Shown one piece after another: positions 9,321 to 18,731 of a stretch of DNA of 52,672 nt; position 1 is the stretch's first letter; every line of letters begins with the position of its first letter. Location: the IMG/VR virus record IMGVR_UViG_3300045988_182204; one strand, written 5' to 3'. A model generated the notes under the pieces. It made no database searches. It worked only from the letters and a program-made list of their open reading frames with translations, and was not told the origin of the DNA. This DNA is from a virus. The position numbers were made by a program, and so were the translations under genes.

Positions 9321-10007
9321 ATGCGAAAACTGACAATGTTTGGGAAGCCTATTTTGGTTATGCTGGCTCCTGATGGGGCTGGTGCACCTGCTGGTGGTGA
9401 GGGTTCTGGTGACGCTGGCGCAAACGGCACTGGTGCAAATTCCAGCACTGGCGATGGCTCTGGACAGGAAGGAAACAAAACCTTTACACAGGAAGACATC
9501 AATCGGATCGCTGCCAAAGAGAAAGCTGAGGGTCGTCGCGCTCTTCTCAAAGAGCTGGGCATCGAGGACACTGAGGATTCTCGAAATGCCATCAAGGCTT
9601 ATCTCACTCAGCAGGAGAACCAGAAGTCTGATCTGCAGAAAGCCAACGAACGAGCAAGCAAAGCTGAAAAGGCTCAGGCTGACGCAGAAGCCAATGCTCT
9701 GGCTATCCAGCGAAAGTATGATGCCCTGGCAGCTGGTGCAAAGGCAGACACCATCGATGACCTGATGGCTCTGGCAAGCACCAAGGTCAATGACAAGACG
9801 GACTTCAAAGCTGCTCTTGAGCAGGTGAAGAAAGCATATCCTGTCTTCTTCAATGAGGCTTCTCAGACAAGTACAGTTGGAACAGGGCGATCTACGAACC
9901 CTGCGAGAAACACCAATGGTCACCAGATGTCTATGGGTGAGCGACTGGCCAAGTCTCGTATGGGTAATACCCAAGCAGAAAATCCGTTCTTCAAGAAATC
10001 ATTTTAA
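9321..10007 (+). CDS. Scaffolding protein (DUF4355-like)
   Basis: Gly/Ala-rich N-terminus, then FTQEDINRIAAKEKAEGRRALLKELG and a long coiled coil; lies directly upstream of the capsid genes. Confidence 0.75.
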   Translation: MRKLTMFGKPILVMLAPDGAGAPAGGEGSGDAGANGTGANSSTGDGSGQEGNKTFTQEDINRIAAKEKAEGRRALLKELGIEDTEDSRNAIKAYLTQQENQKSDLQKANERASKAEKAQADAEANALAIQRKYDALAAGAKADTIDDLMALASTKVNDKTDFKAALEQVKKAYPVFFNEASQTSTVGTGRSTNPARNTNGHQMSMGERLAKSRMGNTQAENPFFKKSF

Positions 10008-10020
10008 GGAGGAATAAAAC

Positions 10021-10383
10021 ATGCTGAATCAGTCTGGCATCACAACCAAAACAGCAGTCACTCCAAAGAGTATTCTTTGGGCTCCGGAAAATGCCATTGC
10101 CTTCTCTTGTGTCATCGCAAAGAGCAAGAAACTGCTGGCTGGCACTCCAATCGCTGGTGATCTGACTGCCCGAAACACTGGCTTCACAGCTGCACAGACA
10201 ACTTCTGGTGCTTCCGATGCTGTGGGTCTGCTGCTGCACGAGGTCGATGCTTCTGGAGCAAAGCAGAATGGCACTGTTCTGGTCGCTGGCGTGGTAGACC
10301 TTAACAAGCTGGATTCTACCACTCAGGCACTGATCACCACAGAAGTCAAAGCTGCTCTGAAGCACATCATTTTTGTGAAGTAA
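10021..10383 (+). CDS. Putative head decoration / capsid accessory protein (120 aa)
   Basis: Small Ala/Gly/Thr-rich ORF between scaffold and major capsid genes; the call rests mainly on position. Confidence 0.45.
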   Translation: MLNQSGITTKTAVTPKSILWAPENAIAFSCVIAKSKKLLAGTPIAGDLTARNTGFTAAQTTSGASDAVGLLLHEVDASGAKQNGTVLVAGVVDLNKLDSTTQALITTEVKAALKHIIFVK

Positions 10384-10429
10384 AGTCTTTACAATAGTGT
10401 GACCAACAACCACAAGGAGGAATACACAT

Positions 10430-11482
10430 ATGACAATTTTTGAACTTGTCACTGCCAGTGAGCTGGTGGCGTATTGGAATACTATGGCCAATCAGCGTGG
10501 TCCATATCTGGGTGAGTCTCTGTTCCCCGCTCGCAAGAAGCGTGGCCTGAATCTGAAGTGGATCAAGGGTTCCAAGGGTCTTCCCGTCGTACTGAATCCC
10601 AGTGCCTATGATGCCAAGGTCAAGATCCGTGATCGCATCGGCTTCAGCACCGTTTCTACCAACATGCCATTCTTCAAAGAGGGTGTCCTGATCGATGAAG
10701 AGACTCGTCAGGAGCTGAACATGGTTCTGGAGACCAACAATCCCGCTTATGTGGATTCGGTCATGAACAATGTTTTCGACGACGAGACTCGACTGCTGGA
10801 TGGTGCTCGTGCCCAGCGTGAGCGCATGCGTATGCAGCTGCTGACCACTGGTTTGATTGCAATCAGTGCCAATGGCCAGGACTACAACTATGACTATGGC
10901 ATCCCCAGCACTCACAAGGTTCAGACTACCACTCCTTGGTCCAACCCTGCTGCCGACATCATGGGTGACATCAGGACCTGGCAGGATCTGATCGAGGACG
11001 AGACTGGTGTTCGTCCTACTCGTGCCATCTGTGATCGTGCCACTTTCAACTACTTCCTGAAGAACGATGCTATCATCAAGAGCAATTTCGTTCTGTCCAA
11101 CGGTCAGGCTGCTCTGAATGAGCCCATGGTTCGTCGCTATCTGCAGGAGAACCTGGGTCTGACTATTGAGGTCAACACCAAGAAGTTCGTTGATGAGGCT
11201 GGCGCCACCAAACCATTCATTCCTGCAAACACCTTTACCATGATCCCTGAGGGTGATCTGGGTAGCACTTGGTTTGGCACCACTCCTGAGGAATCTGACC
11301 TGATGGCTGGTCAGATCGGCAACAGCACTCAGGTTGCTATCACCGACACTGGTGTTGCCGTTGCTACACACGGTCAGTTCGACCCAGTCAATGTTGAGAC
11401 CAAAGTTTCCATGATCTGTCTGCCCAGCTTTGAAGCTGCTGACCAGATTATCATCGCCGATGTTTCTCACTCCGGTGAGTGA
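10430..11482 (+). CDS. Major capsid protein (capsid protein E-like family)
   Basis: 350 aa; N-terminal ELVAYWN...YLGESLFPARKKRGLNLKWIKG pattern; position after the scaffold gene. Confidence 0.85.
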   Translation: MTIFELVTASELVAYWNTMANQRGPYLGESLFPARKKRGLNLKWIKGSKGLPVVLNPSAYDAKVKIRDRIGFSTVSTNMPFFKEGVLIDEETRQELNMVLETNNPAYVDSVMNNVFDDETRLLDGARAQRERMRMQLLTTGLIAISANGQDYNYDYGIPSTHKVQTTTPWSNPAADIMGDIRTWQDLIEDETGVRPTRAICDRATFNYFLKNDAIIKSNFVLSNGQAALNEPMVRRYLQENLGLTIEVNTKKFVDEAGATKPFIPANTFTMIPEGDLGSTWFGTTPEESDLMAGQIGNSTQVAITDTGVAVATHGQFDPVNVETKVSMICLPSFEAADQIIIADVSHSGE

Positions 11483-11497
11483 TCGGAGGTGACCTGA

Positions 11498-11821
11498 ATG
11501 ATCACTATTCACAAAGGCGATCTTACCGCGAAAGTTTCTGCTGGTGCATTTGAAACCATCTTCAAAGACCAGGGCTGGTCTATGGACGACCACAAGGATC
11601 CCATCATCTCTGGTATGAACCTGCCTGACCCAGATCATGAAGACGTCCTGGAGGACGAAATTACCAATGAAGGTGAGGATCTCTCCGAGCGCCCACTCAG
11701 CTCTTTGTCTCTGGGTGAACTTCGCCAGTTGGCCACGCAGTATGGTATCGATGCCGAGAGCATGCGTTCCAAGCGCGAGATCAGAAACGCAATTCGTGAG
11801 ACAATGAACGAGGAGGACTGA
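11498..11821 (+). CDS. Acidic protein with Rho-N/SAP-like C-terminal motif (107 aa)
   Basis: LSLGELRQLATQYGIDAESMRSKREIRNAI resembles the Rho N-terminal/SAP helix-extended-helix motif. Confidence 0.5.
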   Translation: MITIHKGDLTAKVSAGAFETIFKDQGWSMDDHKDPIISGMNLPDPDHEDVLEDEITNEGEDLSERPLSSLSLGELRQLATQYGIDAESMRSKREIRNAIRETMNEED

Positions 11822-11822
11822 A

Positions 11823-12083
11823 ATGGCTGCAGGCATTGAAGAGCTGAAGATGATCTGTCGTGAAGAAGATGTTCCGTTCTTCAGTGATGCAGAGCTTCAG
11901 TACCATCTAGATCGTGCTGGCGGAAATATCGACCTGGCTGCATACACCTGTCTTTGCATAAAAGCAGAAGACACAACCTTAACCATAAGTGGGTTGACTA
12001 CTGCGGACAGCAGCAAGTATTTTCGTCGCATGGCTTCTAGATATAGACCCACGAACAGTGGGATCCTTATGGGTGATAACTGA
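11823..12083 (+). CDS. Head-tail connector/adaptor protein (86 aa)
   Basis: Size and position directly after the capsid genes; translationally coupled to its neighbours. Confidence 0.5.
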   Translation: MAAGIEELKMICREEDVPFFSDAELQYHLDRAGGNIDLAAYTCLCIKAEDTTLTISGLTTADSSKYFRRMASRYRPTNSGILMGDN

Positions 12084-12454
12084 TGAAGACCCAGAAATTT
12101 CAACCTCACAAGGTCAAACGCATGATTGATACTCTTGGGGTTGTATATCAGTTCAATCGTGACATGCTGAGCAAGTACAAAGAACCTACTGGCAAACAAG
12201 AGCTTGTTGCTGAGCTCAAAGGTGTAATGCACTCTACTGCCAGTTATGTCACAAAAACAGCTACAGATGGTTCCACAATTACTGCAAAGCAATCTCCCCA
12301 GATCTTGACAAATGACCCAAAAGCAAAGCTCCTGCACATCGATGACAAAGTCATCATTGATAATTGTACTTACAAAGTCACGGGTGTCCTTGACATCAAT
12401 ATGCTTGGGCTGGCTTTTGATATCTCACTGGAAGTGGTTCTATGGCAGGTATAA
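12083..12454 (+). CDS. Head closure / head-tail joining protein (123 aa)
   Basis: Position and size in the connector block; ATGA overlap with the previous gene. Confidence 0.5.
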   Translation: MKTQKFQPHKVKRMIDTLGVVYQFNRDMLSKYKEPTGKQELVAELKGVMHSTASYVTKTATDGSTITAKQSPQILTNDPKAKLLHIDDKVIIDNCTYKVTGVLDINMLGLAFDISLEVVLWQV

Positions 12455-12798
12455 AGTTTGATGCTGAATCATTGTTAAACGGTCTTCAGGGAGCTCCGGA
12501 CAAAGCTGACAATGCAATCCGAATGTATGCCGAGACTGGAGCGCTTAAACTTCAAAATTATGCCAAGGAACACAGACCGTGGACTGATCGCACCGGAGCA
12601 GCTCGGCAGCGTCTGAAGGGTGATGTCCTTACAGTGGCAACTGGTTACAAACTGCGACTGGCGCACGGTGTTGATTATGGTATTTGGCTGGAGCTGGCTC
12701 ATGAAAAAAGATTTGCAATAATTCAAGACACCATCCGTGAAGTTGGACAAAATGAAATTCTGCCAGGGTTTGAAAACCTTTTGGACAGATTGAAATAA
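12442..12798 (+). CDS. HK97 gp10-like tail-completion/neck protein (118 aa)
   Basis: ...HRPWTDRTGAARQRLKGDV...YGIWLELAH... resembles the HK97 gp10 family pattern; position supports it. Confidence 0.5.
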   Translation: MAGIKFDAESLLNGLQGAPDKADNAIRMYAETGALKLQNYAKEHRPWTDRTGAARQRLKGDVLTVATGYKLRLAHGVDYGIWLELAHEKRFAIIQDTIREVGQNEILPGFENLLDRLK

Positions 12799-12812
12799 AG
12801 GAGTGACACACT

Positions 12813-13172
12813 ATGCCTGGTGAAACCCGATATATGGATATCTATGATCACTTGGTTGCCAAGGGTTTTGATGTCTATACTCCGGCACAGCACAAAGGGG
12901 AGTGTGTCACTCCTTATATTGTTGTTAAAGGAGCCGGAATGAATCAAGCTGGGAACTATTCGTCTAACCAGCATTTGTATGACATTCTTTGCTATGTACC
13001 CAAAGGCCAATACACTTATCTTGAAAAGTATGTAGAAATGATGGAAGATGCAATGAGGGAACTTGAGCCAATGATTCGCCCAATGCACTACCAGACCGCT
13101 CCATATTATGATGACTCTGTCAAGGGTCACATGGCATCCGAACAATATTGTAACTATCGACGAATGAAATAG
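12813..13172 (+). CDS. Tail terminator-like protein (119 aa)
   Basis: Lies directly upstream of the major tail gene; no motif recognised. Confidence 0.4.
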   Translation: MPGETRYMDIYDHLVAKGFDVYTPAQHKGECVTPYIVVKGAGMNQAGNYSSNQHLYDILCYVPKGQYTYLEKYVEMMEDAMRELEPMIRPMHYQTAPYYDDSVKGHMASEQYCNYRRMK

Positions 13173-13194
13173 TCTATACAAGGAGGAAATCATT

Positions 13195-13794
13195 ATGGCT
13201 ACAAAAAAGGGCAACGAAGTTGCAACCATTGATGTGGCAATGGTCACATGCAAGCCAAAAGGCAAGACTGATGAAATCGCCCTCACAACTGCTACAGAAG
13301 TTGGTCTGTCGGTTCAGTCTGAAACTACTGATGCTGTAAAGCTGATTGTCAAGGGTGTTCTGATTGCTCAGAAGCGTGAGCAGGTCACTATCACTGGCAA
13401 TACTATCACTCTGACCGACAATGTGTTCAATGCCGAGCTGGTGAAGATCCTTCAGGGTGGCATCATCAAATACTGGACCACTGCTGAGCAGACCGCGGAG
13501 GGTGATTCTGATGCTGGCTTTGGTGTCAGCAGTTATACACCACCTGTCGCTGGCTCCAAAGAAGAGGTCGACGAGTTTGAATGCAATATCTACACTGCCA
13601 TCTATGATGCTGCTGGCCTGATCACTGGTTATGAGAAGTGCACTTATCCGCACTGCAAGGGTGTTCCAGTTTCTTTCAGTGCCAAAGATGATGAGTTCCG
13701 CGCACCACAGTACACAATCAACAGCGCTCCAGCAAATGGTGAGCCACCGTACAAGATCACCTATGTCAAACAGTTGCCAACAGTGGGGGAATAA
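13195..13794 (+). CDS. Major tail protein (199 aa)
   Basis: Strong SD (AAGGAGG); size and position upstream of the chaperone pair and tape measure gene. Confidence 0.7.
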   Translation: MATKKGNEVATIDVAMVTCKPKGKTDEIALTTATEVGLSVQSETTDAVKLIVKGVLIAQKREQVTITGNTITLTDNVFNAELVKILQGGIIKYWTTAEQTAEGDSDAGFGVSSYTPPVAGSKEEVDEFECNIYTAIYDAAGLITGYEKCTYPHCKGVPVSFSAKDDEFRAPQYTINSAPANGEPPYKITYVKQLPTVGE

Positions 13795-13797
13795 ACA

Positions 13798-14220
13798 ATG
13801 GAAGTAACAAGTCTCGAAGCTCTGAAGAGCTATTCTATGGGTCAGCTGGTGGAGCTTCCACCTTTTGCCGAGGGTCAGACCTTTGTGGCTCGTCTGAAGC
13901 GTCCCTCTATGCTTGCTTTGGTTAAGGCAGGTCGAATTCCCAATTCTCTCCTGCAGTCTGCCAACACACTTTTCATCAATGGTACAATGGATGAGAAGAA
14001 CAAAGGTGCAATGAGTGATGTCATGGAGATTCTCGATACTGTCTGTGATGCATGTTTCGTTGAGCCAACCTATCAGCAGATCAAGGATGCAGGCATTCAG
14101 CTGACTGATGATCAGATGATGTTTGTATTCTCCTACTCCCAGAGAGGTGTTAAGGCACTCGATCCATTTCGTCAGGAGCCCAAGGATATTGCAGCTGCTG
14201 GGAGTGGCACAGAGGTATAA
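13798..14220 (+). CDS. Tail assembly chaperone (G-like)
   Basis: 140-aa ORF between the major tail and tape measure genes. Confidence 0.7.
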   Translation: MEVTSLEALKSYSMGQLVELPPFAEGQTFVARLKRPSMLALVKAGRIPNSLLQSANTLFINGTMDEKNKGAMSDVMEILDTVCDACFVEPTYQQIKDAGIQLTDDQMMFVFSYSQRGVKALDPFRQEPKDIAAAGSGTEV

Positions 14221-14380
14221 AGTCAGGCCATCCCAGTTGTTGGGTGATCTTGATGAATACACTTCGTATTGTTTCGATGAGGCATGTGTTTTGATCATGT
14301 CTCATCTTGACAATAAAGAAGAGCCAAAGTTTATTACACATGTGAAGACTTTGAGCAGTTTGTATGCAAAATATGAGTGA
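14123..14380 (+). CDS. Tail assembly chaperone extension (T-like), probably made by frameshifting from 13798..14220
   Basis: Overlapping ORF open in the +1 frame relative to the G-like ORF. It has no SD of its own and ends inside the tape-measure start region. Confidence 0.45.
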   Translation: MYSPTPREVLRHSIHFVRSPRILQLLGVAQRYKVRPSQLLGDLDEYTSYCFDEACVLIMSHLDNKEEPKFITHVKTLSSLYAKYE

Positions 14381-14394
14381 TTGGAGGTGGTTCT

Positions 14395-16716
14395 TTGGCT
14401 CTTGATTTGGGTTCTGCAGTCGGGTATTTGCTGCTTGATACAAGTAGCTTCAAAAAGGGTCTGGCAACTGCTTCACAAGACATGCAGACGTTTTTCGACA
14501 AAAGCACAAAAGCTGGGGACAAAATGACTGCCCTCTCCTCTGCGATGGGAAAGACGGGATCTACCTTAACAAAGACCGTGACACTACCTCTTGTCGGTCT
14601 TGGCACGGTCTCTGTAAAAACAGCTGCAACCTTTGAATCTGCTATGTCTCAGGTCCAGGCAACAATGGGTCTGACTGCTGACAGTACATCTGAATTGAAA
14701 GGTCAGACTGTAAACACCATGGACTCCTTGAGCTCCCTGGCAAAACAGATGGGTGCTGAAACAAAGTTTTCCGCAACAGAAGCAGCTGAAGCTCTCAATA
14801 ATATGGCCATGGCTGGCTATAATGTCAATGAAATCTATGATGCCTTGCCTGAAGTCTTAAATCTGGCTTCCGCTGGTGCACTTGATCTGGACTATGCTAC
14901 TCAGCTTGCAGCCAACGGTCTGAATGTCATGGGTTATGGCACAGATCACTTGTCTGAGTTGTCTAATAAACTGGCTGTCACAGCATCTAGTGCTTATGGT
15001 TCCGTCTCTGACTTTGGTGAAGGGCTTCTGGTCGCAGGTGGTGCAGCAAAATCTGCAAATCTTAATTTTACAGATATTTTCACTGCCTTGGGCATCCTTG
15101 GTGATGCAGGTATTTCCGCATCAGAGGGTGGTACAAAACTTAGAAATGTGATCCTGAGTTTGTATGCACCCACAGATATAGCTGCAGAAGAGCTTAAAAC
15201 ACTGGGCATCCAAACCAAAGATGCAGATGGAAATGTCCGAAACTTTCAAGATGTCCTCAAAGACTTGAGTGGCGCTCTTGATGGGTTGTCTGAGTCTGAC
15301 CGACTCAATGCTATCAACACTATCTTCAACAAAGCAGATATTGCGGGTGTTAACGCACTTCTTTCCAACTGCACAGACCGTTGGGATGAGTTGAGTTCTA
15401 CAATTGACAACGCTGGTGATGCTGCTGAACAAATGTCGGACACCCAATTGGACAACCTTAACGGTCAGTTGACTATTCTTATGTCTGGTCTAGAGGGATT
15501 GGCGATTGCGTTTGGTGAAGCACTTTTGCCTCTTGTCAAAGATGTTACAGCATTCATTCAAAGTGTTGTGACATGGTTGAATAGCCTTAACGACGAGCAA
15601 GTTCAAACGATTACAAAAGTTCTAGAGTTCGCAGCAGCACTTGGACCAATTCTGTTGATTGGCAGTAAAGTCGTCGCAGGATTGAACAGTATTGCTACTC
15701 TCATCACAAATTTTGCACCATTGGTGTCAGCTTTTGGCTCGACAATCGCAGGTCTTGCAGTGCCAATCCTTGCTGTCATCGGAATCATTGCTGCGTTGAA
15801 GCTTGCTTGGGATAACAACTTCGGCGGCATGCGAGATAAACTTACAGAATTTGTTGACACAGTGACTGACAGAGTAACTGTCATTGCGAACTTTCTACAG
15901 ACCGTGTTCACAGCTTTTATGGGTGTTATAACAGAGCTGTGGAACAGCAACTGGATGAACATTCGTCTGATCTTTGAAGATGTTTGGAACGCAATCGAAA
16001 CAATCTTCAGTTCCGTGATTGCAATACTGACAAATGCAATCTCTCTGTTCTTAAACGTCATCACTGGAAACTGGTCTGGTGCATGGGAAAACATCAAAGC
16101 CATCTTTGGTGCAGTATGGGATGCAATTGTCTCTTTGCTGAATCTTGGGCTTGATTCCATCCTGAACCTTTTCGGTGTGATTTTGCCTTCGATTGGACAG
16201 GCTGCAACAAATGCATGGAACGCAATAAAAACTGCGTTCGTAAATGTGTGGAACAGCATTATAGGGTGGTTTAAAACAGCAATCAATGACCCAGAAGAAA
16301 TCTTGCTGACGCTGGTTCCAAAAATGCTCGCTGCAGGTGCACAGATATTCAATTCCCTTTGGGATGGATTGAAAGGTGTCTGGGAGAGCATCACTTCTTG
16401 GGTCTCTGATTGTGTGGATTGGATTACTGAAAAAGTCACTTTCTGGCAGAAGCAGAGCGACAAGGTCTCTCAATCCTCTGGGTCTACAAATGGTTCTCAC
16501 GCAAGCGGTCTTGACTATGTACCGTTTGATGGCTACAGAGCAACACTTCATCAGGGTGAACGAGTGCTCACCCAGGAGGAGAACAAATACTACAACAATG
16601 GCTATAGATCTGGTGGGGACACGTTCAACTTCTACAGCCCAGAAGCTATTGATGCGGTCACTGCTGCTCGTGAGTTTAAGAAAGTTCAGCGTCAACTCGC
16701 TGAGGGTGTTTCGTGA
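14395..16716 (+). CDS. Tail tape measure protein
   Basis: About 773 aa, helical and Ala/Leu/Gly-rich with hydrophobic central segments. TTG at 14395 follows GGAGGTGG; the track ORF starts at GTG 14377. Confidence 0.85.
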   Translation: MALDLGSAVGYLLLDTSSFKKGLATASQDMQTFFDKSTKAGDKMTALSSAMGKTGSTLTKTVTLPLVGLGTVSVKTAATFESAMSQVQATMGLTADSTSELKGQTVNTMDSLSSLAKQMGAETKFSATEAAEALNNMAMAGYNVNEIYDALPEVLNLASAGALDLDYATQLAANGLNVMGYGTDHLSELSNKLAVTASSAYGSVSDFGEGLLVAGGAAKSANLNFTDIFTALGILGDAGISASEGGTKLRNVILSLYAPTDIAAEELKTLGIQTKDADGNVRNFQDVLKDLSGALDGLSESDRLNAINTIFNKADIAGVNALLSNCTDRWDELSSTIDNAGDAAEQMSDTQLDNLNGQLTILMSGLEGLAIAFGEALLPLVKDVTAFIQSVVTWLNSLNDEQVQTITKVLEFAAALGPILLIGSKVVAGLNSIATLITNFAPLVSAFGSTIAGLAVPILAVIGIIAALKLAWDNNFGGMRDKLTEFVDTVTDRVTVIANFLQTVFTAFMGVITELWNSNWMNIRLIFEDVWNAIETIFSSVIAILTNAISLFLNVITGNWSGAWENIKAIFGAVWDAIVSLLNLGLDSILNLFGVILPSIGQAATNAWNAIKTAFVNVWNSIIGWFKTAINDPEEILLTLVPKMLAAGAQIFNSLWDGLKGVWESITSWVSDCVDWITEKVTFWQKQSDKVSQSSGSTNGSHASGLDYVPFDGYRATLHQGERVLTQEENKYYNNGYRSGGDTFNFYSPEAIDAVTAAREFKKVQRQLAEGVS

Positions 16717-16727
16717 GGTGATTATCT

Positions 16728-17627
16728 ATGGTTGATTCTATTGTGCTCATCAACAAGAGCTTCAACAACCAGAACATGGTCACGGAGCTCCCAATAAATC
16801 AGAACAACAGAAAATATGTACTGGACTACATTGATTGGGGTGCCATCCAAAGCACTCGAAAAACCTACAAATTCATAAACCAAATTGGTGTCTATGTGAC
16901 TGGCACAACCCTTGAATCCCGTGACATTGCAATCACAGGGTGGGTTGTGGCAGATACATATACACAAATGAAAGAAAGAAAAAGATTCCTTAACAACTTT
17001 GTCAATCCATTGCAGCAACTCACTCTTGTCTACAACAGCTATTCTATAGATGGCATTCCTGACACGACTATAAAATATGGATCTGACTATAAAGACAACA
17101 ATGAGGTCCTCTGCAAATTTGTTATAGATCTCTTCTGTCCTGATCCATTGTTCTATACATCTCAGTCAAAACAAGCAAGCATCGCAGACTGGTTGCCAAA
17201 ATTTCGTTTCCCGTTGATAATACCCAAAAACAAGGGTATTATCATGGGTCTTCGTTCCCCATCGGTTATTATCACAGTGAACAACCCTGGTACAATAGAA
17301 ACAGGTATGACTGTGATATTCCATGCACGAGGTACAGTTGTTGATCCATATCTCATCAATATCAATACCCAAAAACAAATCAAGTTTGATCACACCATGG
17401 AGCCTGGTGAGACACTTCAAGTTATAACATATGTCAATAGGAAATCTGTAAAGAAAACCAGCGGTGGTGTAACAACAAATGCATTTAATTACTTGGACTT
17501 TGAAAACAATGAGTTCATTCAACTTGCTCCTGGTGACAATTATCTTCGCTATAGTGCATCTGATGGCATGAGTAACCTGGAAATCCAGATCGAGTACAGA
17601 CCACAATATCAGGAGGTGCAGGAATAA
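16728..17627 (+). CDS. Distal tail protein (Dit-like)
   Basis: 299 aa, immediately after the tape measure gene. Confidence 0.65.
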   Translation: MVDSIVLINKSFNNQNMVTELPINQNNRKYVLDYIDWGAIQSTRKTYKFINQIGVYVTGTTLESRDIAITGWVVADTYTQMKERKRFLNNFVNPLQQLTLVYNSYSIDGIPDTTIKYGSDYKDNNEVLCKFVIDLFCPDPLFYTSQSKQASIADWLPKFRFPLIIPKNKGIIMGLRSPSVIITVNNPGTIETGMTVIFHARGTVVDPYLININTQKQIKFDHTMEPGETLQVITYVNRKSVKKTSGGVTTNAFNYLDFENNEFIQLAPGDNYLRYSASDGMSNLEIQIEYRPQYQEVQE

Positions 17628-18727
17628 TGGACTTCTATGTCTTTGACCAAGACTACACTCTTCTGGGTATTCTAGCAAGTCCAATCTCTGTAACATATAC
17701 AGAGAAATACAACGATCTCGGTGATTTTCAAGTGAATCTGCCAGTAGATGAAATCAATCGAGAGCTCATAAAGTCGGATAATGTTATTCTCTTTGACAAG
17801 GAAAAAGGCATCGCAGGAATCATTGGTATTATCTCATCTGATGGTGAGTCCGATGATTCACCTCAGATTGTTGCCAAAGGCAAACTCATTGAAGAATACA
17901 TCTATCGCAGAATCTGTTGGGGATTATTTTCAATGACAGAGACACCTGAGAACATCATCTACAGTATGCTAACGCAGCAAGTGATTTCCCCAACTGATCC
18001 TGATAGAGCAATCACTGATATTGTGCTTAAAGAATCCACTCTTGCAGAGACACAAAAGATTTCCTATCAGAATACAGGTGGCAAAGTCGGTGACAATATT
18101 GCCAGTATCTGTGCATCGAGTGGCCTTGGGTTCCGGCTCTCTTACAATCCTGGGAACAAGCAAATGCTGTTTGAACTTTATGAGGGTGATGATCGAACAA
18201 TTGAGCAGCGAGTATTTCCTCAGGCTCTATTCAGCACAGAGTATGAAAACATTCTATCAACCAGTTACAACCTTAACACCCAGGACATGAAAAATGTTGC
18301 CTTGGTTGCTGGTGAAGATTCTGGTACAGATAGAAAAACAACTTCTGTTGGTGTTGCTTCTGGAAAATCCCGCAGAGAATACTTTGTTGACGCAAGAGAC
18401 ATTCAAAGTACAAACTCGGATGGAATGACAATTTCAACAGAAGACTATATTGCTCTGCTGAAGCAAAGAGGAACAGAAAAACTTGCTGATGTTAGAGAGT
18501 CTCAAAGTTTTGATTGTACAGTCAATACAGTTGGCAATATTCAGTATGGTCAAGACTACTTTCTGGGTGATATGGTCACTATCTATGATTCCTTGCTGAA
18601 TCTTCAATTGAATGCAAGAATCTCTGAAGTTCAGCATGCATTCACCTCTTTCGGTGAAGAACTTTATATTACATTTGGATTTGGTCCAATGACTCTTGCA
18701 AAAAAACTTCGCTTGAAAGGAGTGTGA
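17627..18727 (+). CDS. Siphovirus Gp37-like tail/baseplate protein
   Basis: N-terminal MDFYVFDQDYTLLGILASPISVTYTEKYNDLGDFQVNLP resembles the ReqiPepy6 Gp37-like family; position after Dit. Confidence 0.6.
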   Translation: MDFYVFDQDYTLLGILASPISVTYTEKYNDLGDFQVNLPVDEINRELIKSDNVILFDKEKGIAGIIGIISSDGESDDSPQIVAKGKLIEEYIYRRICWGLFSMTETPENIIYSMLTQQVISPTDPDRAITDIVLKESTLAETQKISYQNTGGKVGDNIASICASSGLGFRLSYNPGNKQMLFELYEGDDRTIEQRVFPQALFSTEYENILSTSYNLNTQDMKNVALVAGEDSGTDRKTTSVGVASGKSRREYFVDARDIQSTNSDGMTISTEDYIALLKQRGTEKLADVRESQSFDCTVNTVGNIQYGQDYFLGDMVTIYDSLLNLQLNARISEVQHAFTSFGEELYITFGFGPMTLAKKLRLKGV

Positions 18728-18731
18728 GAAT

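Noticed and set aside
10388-10410. CTTTACA motifs upstream of the capsid gene (10388) and of 22242 (22206) as further family promoters
   Set aside because: No acceptable -10 hexamer lies at 16-18 nt. At 22206 the only TATAAA is 12 nt away, and at 10388 the -10 position reads CACAAG.
10367-11836. 489-aa minus-strand ORF across the major capsid gene; similar long antisense ORFs at 13174..14298, 29177..30244, 15603..16463, 21918..22757 and 51007..51963
   Set aside because: Each lies fully antisense to a well-supported gene with recognisable motifs and lacks an SD. The compositions are odd and characteristic of shadow ORFs.
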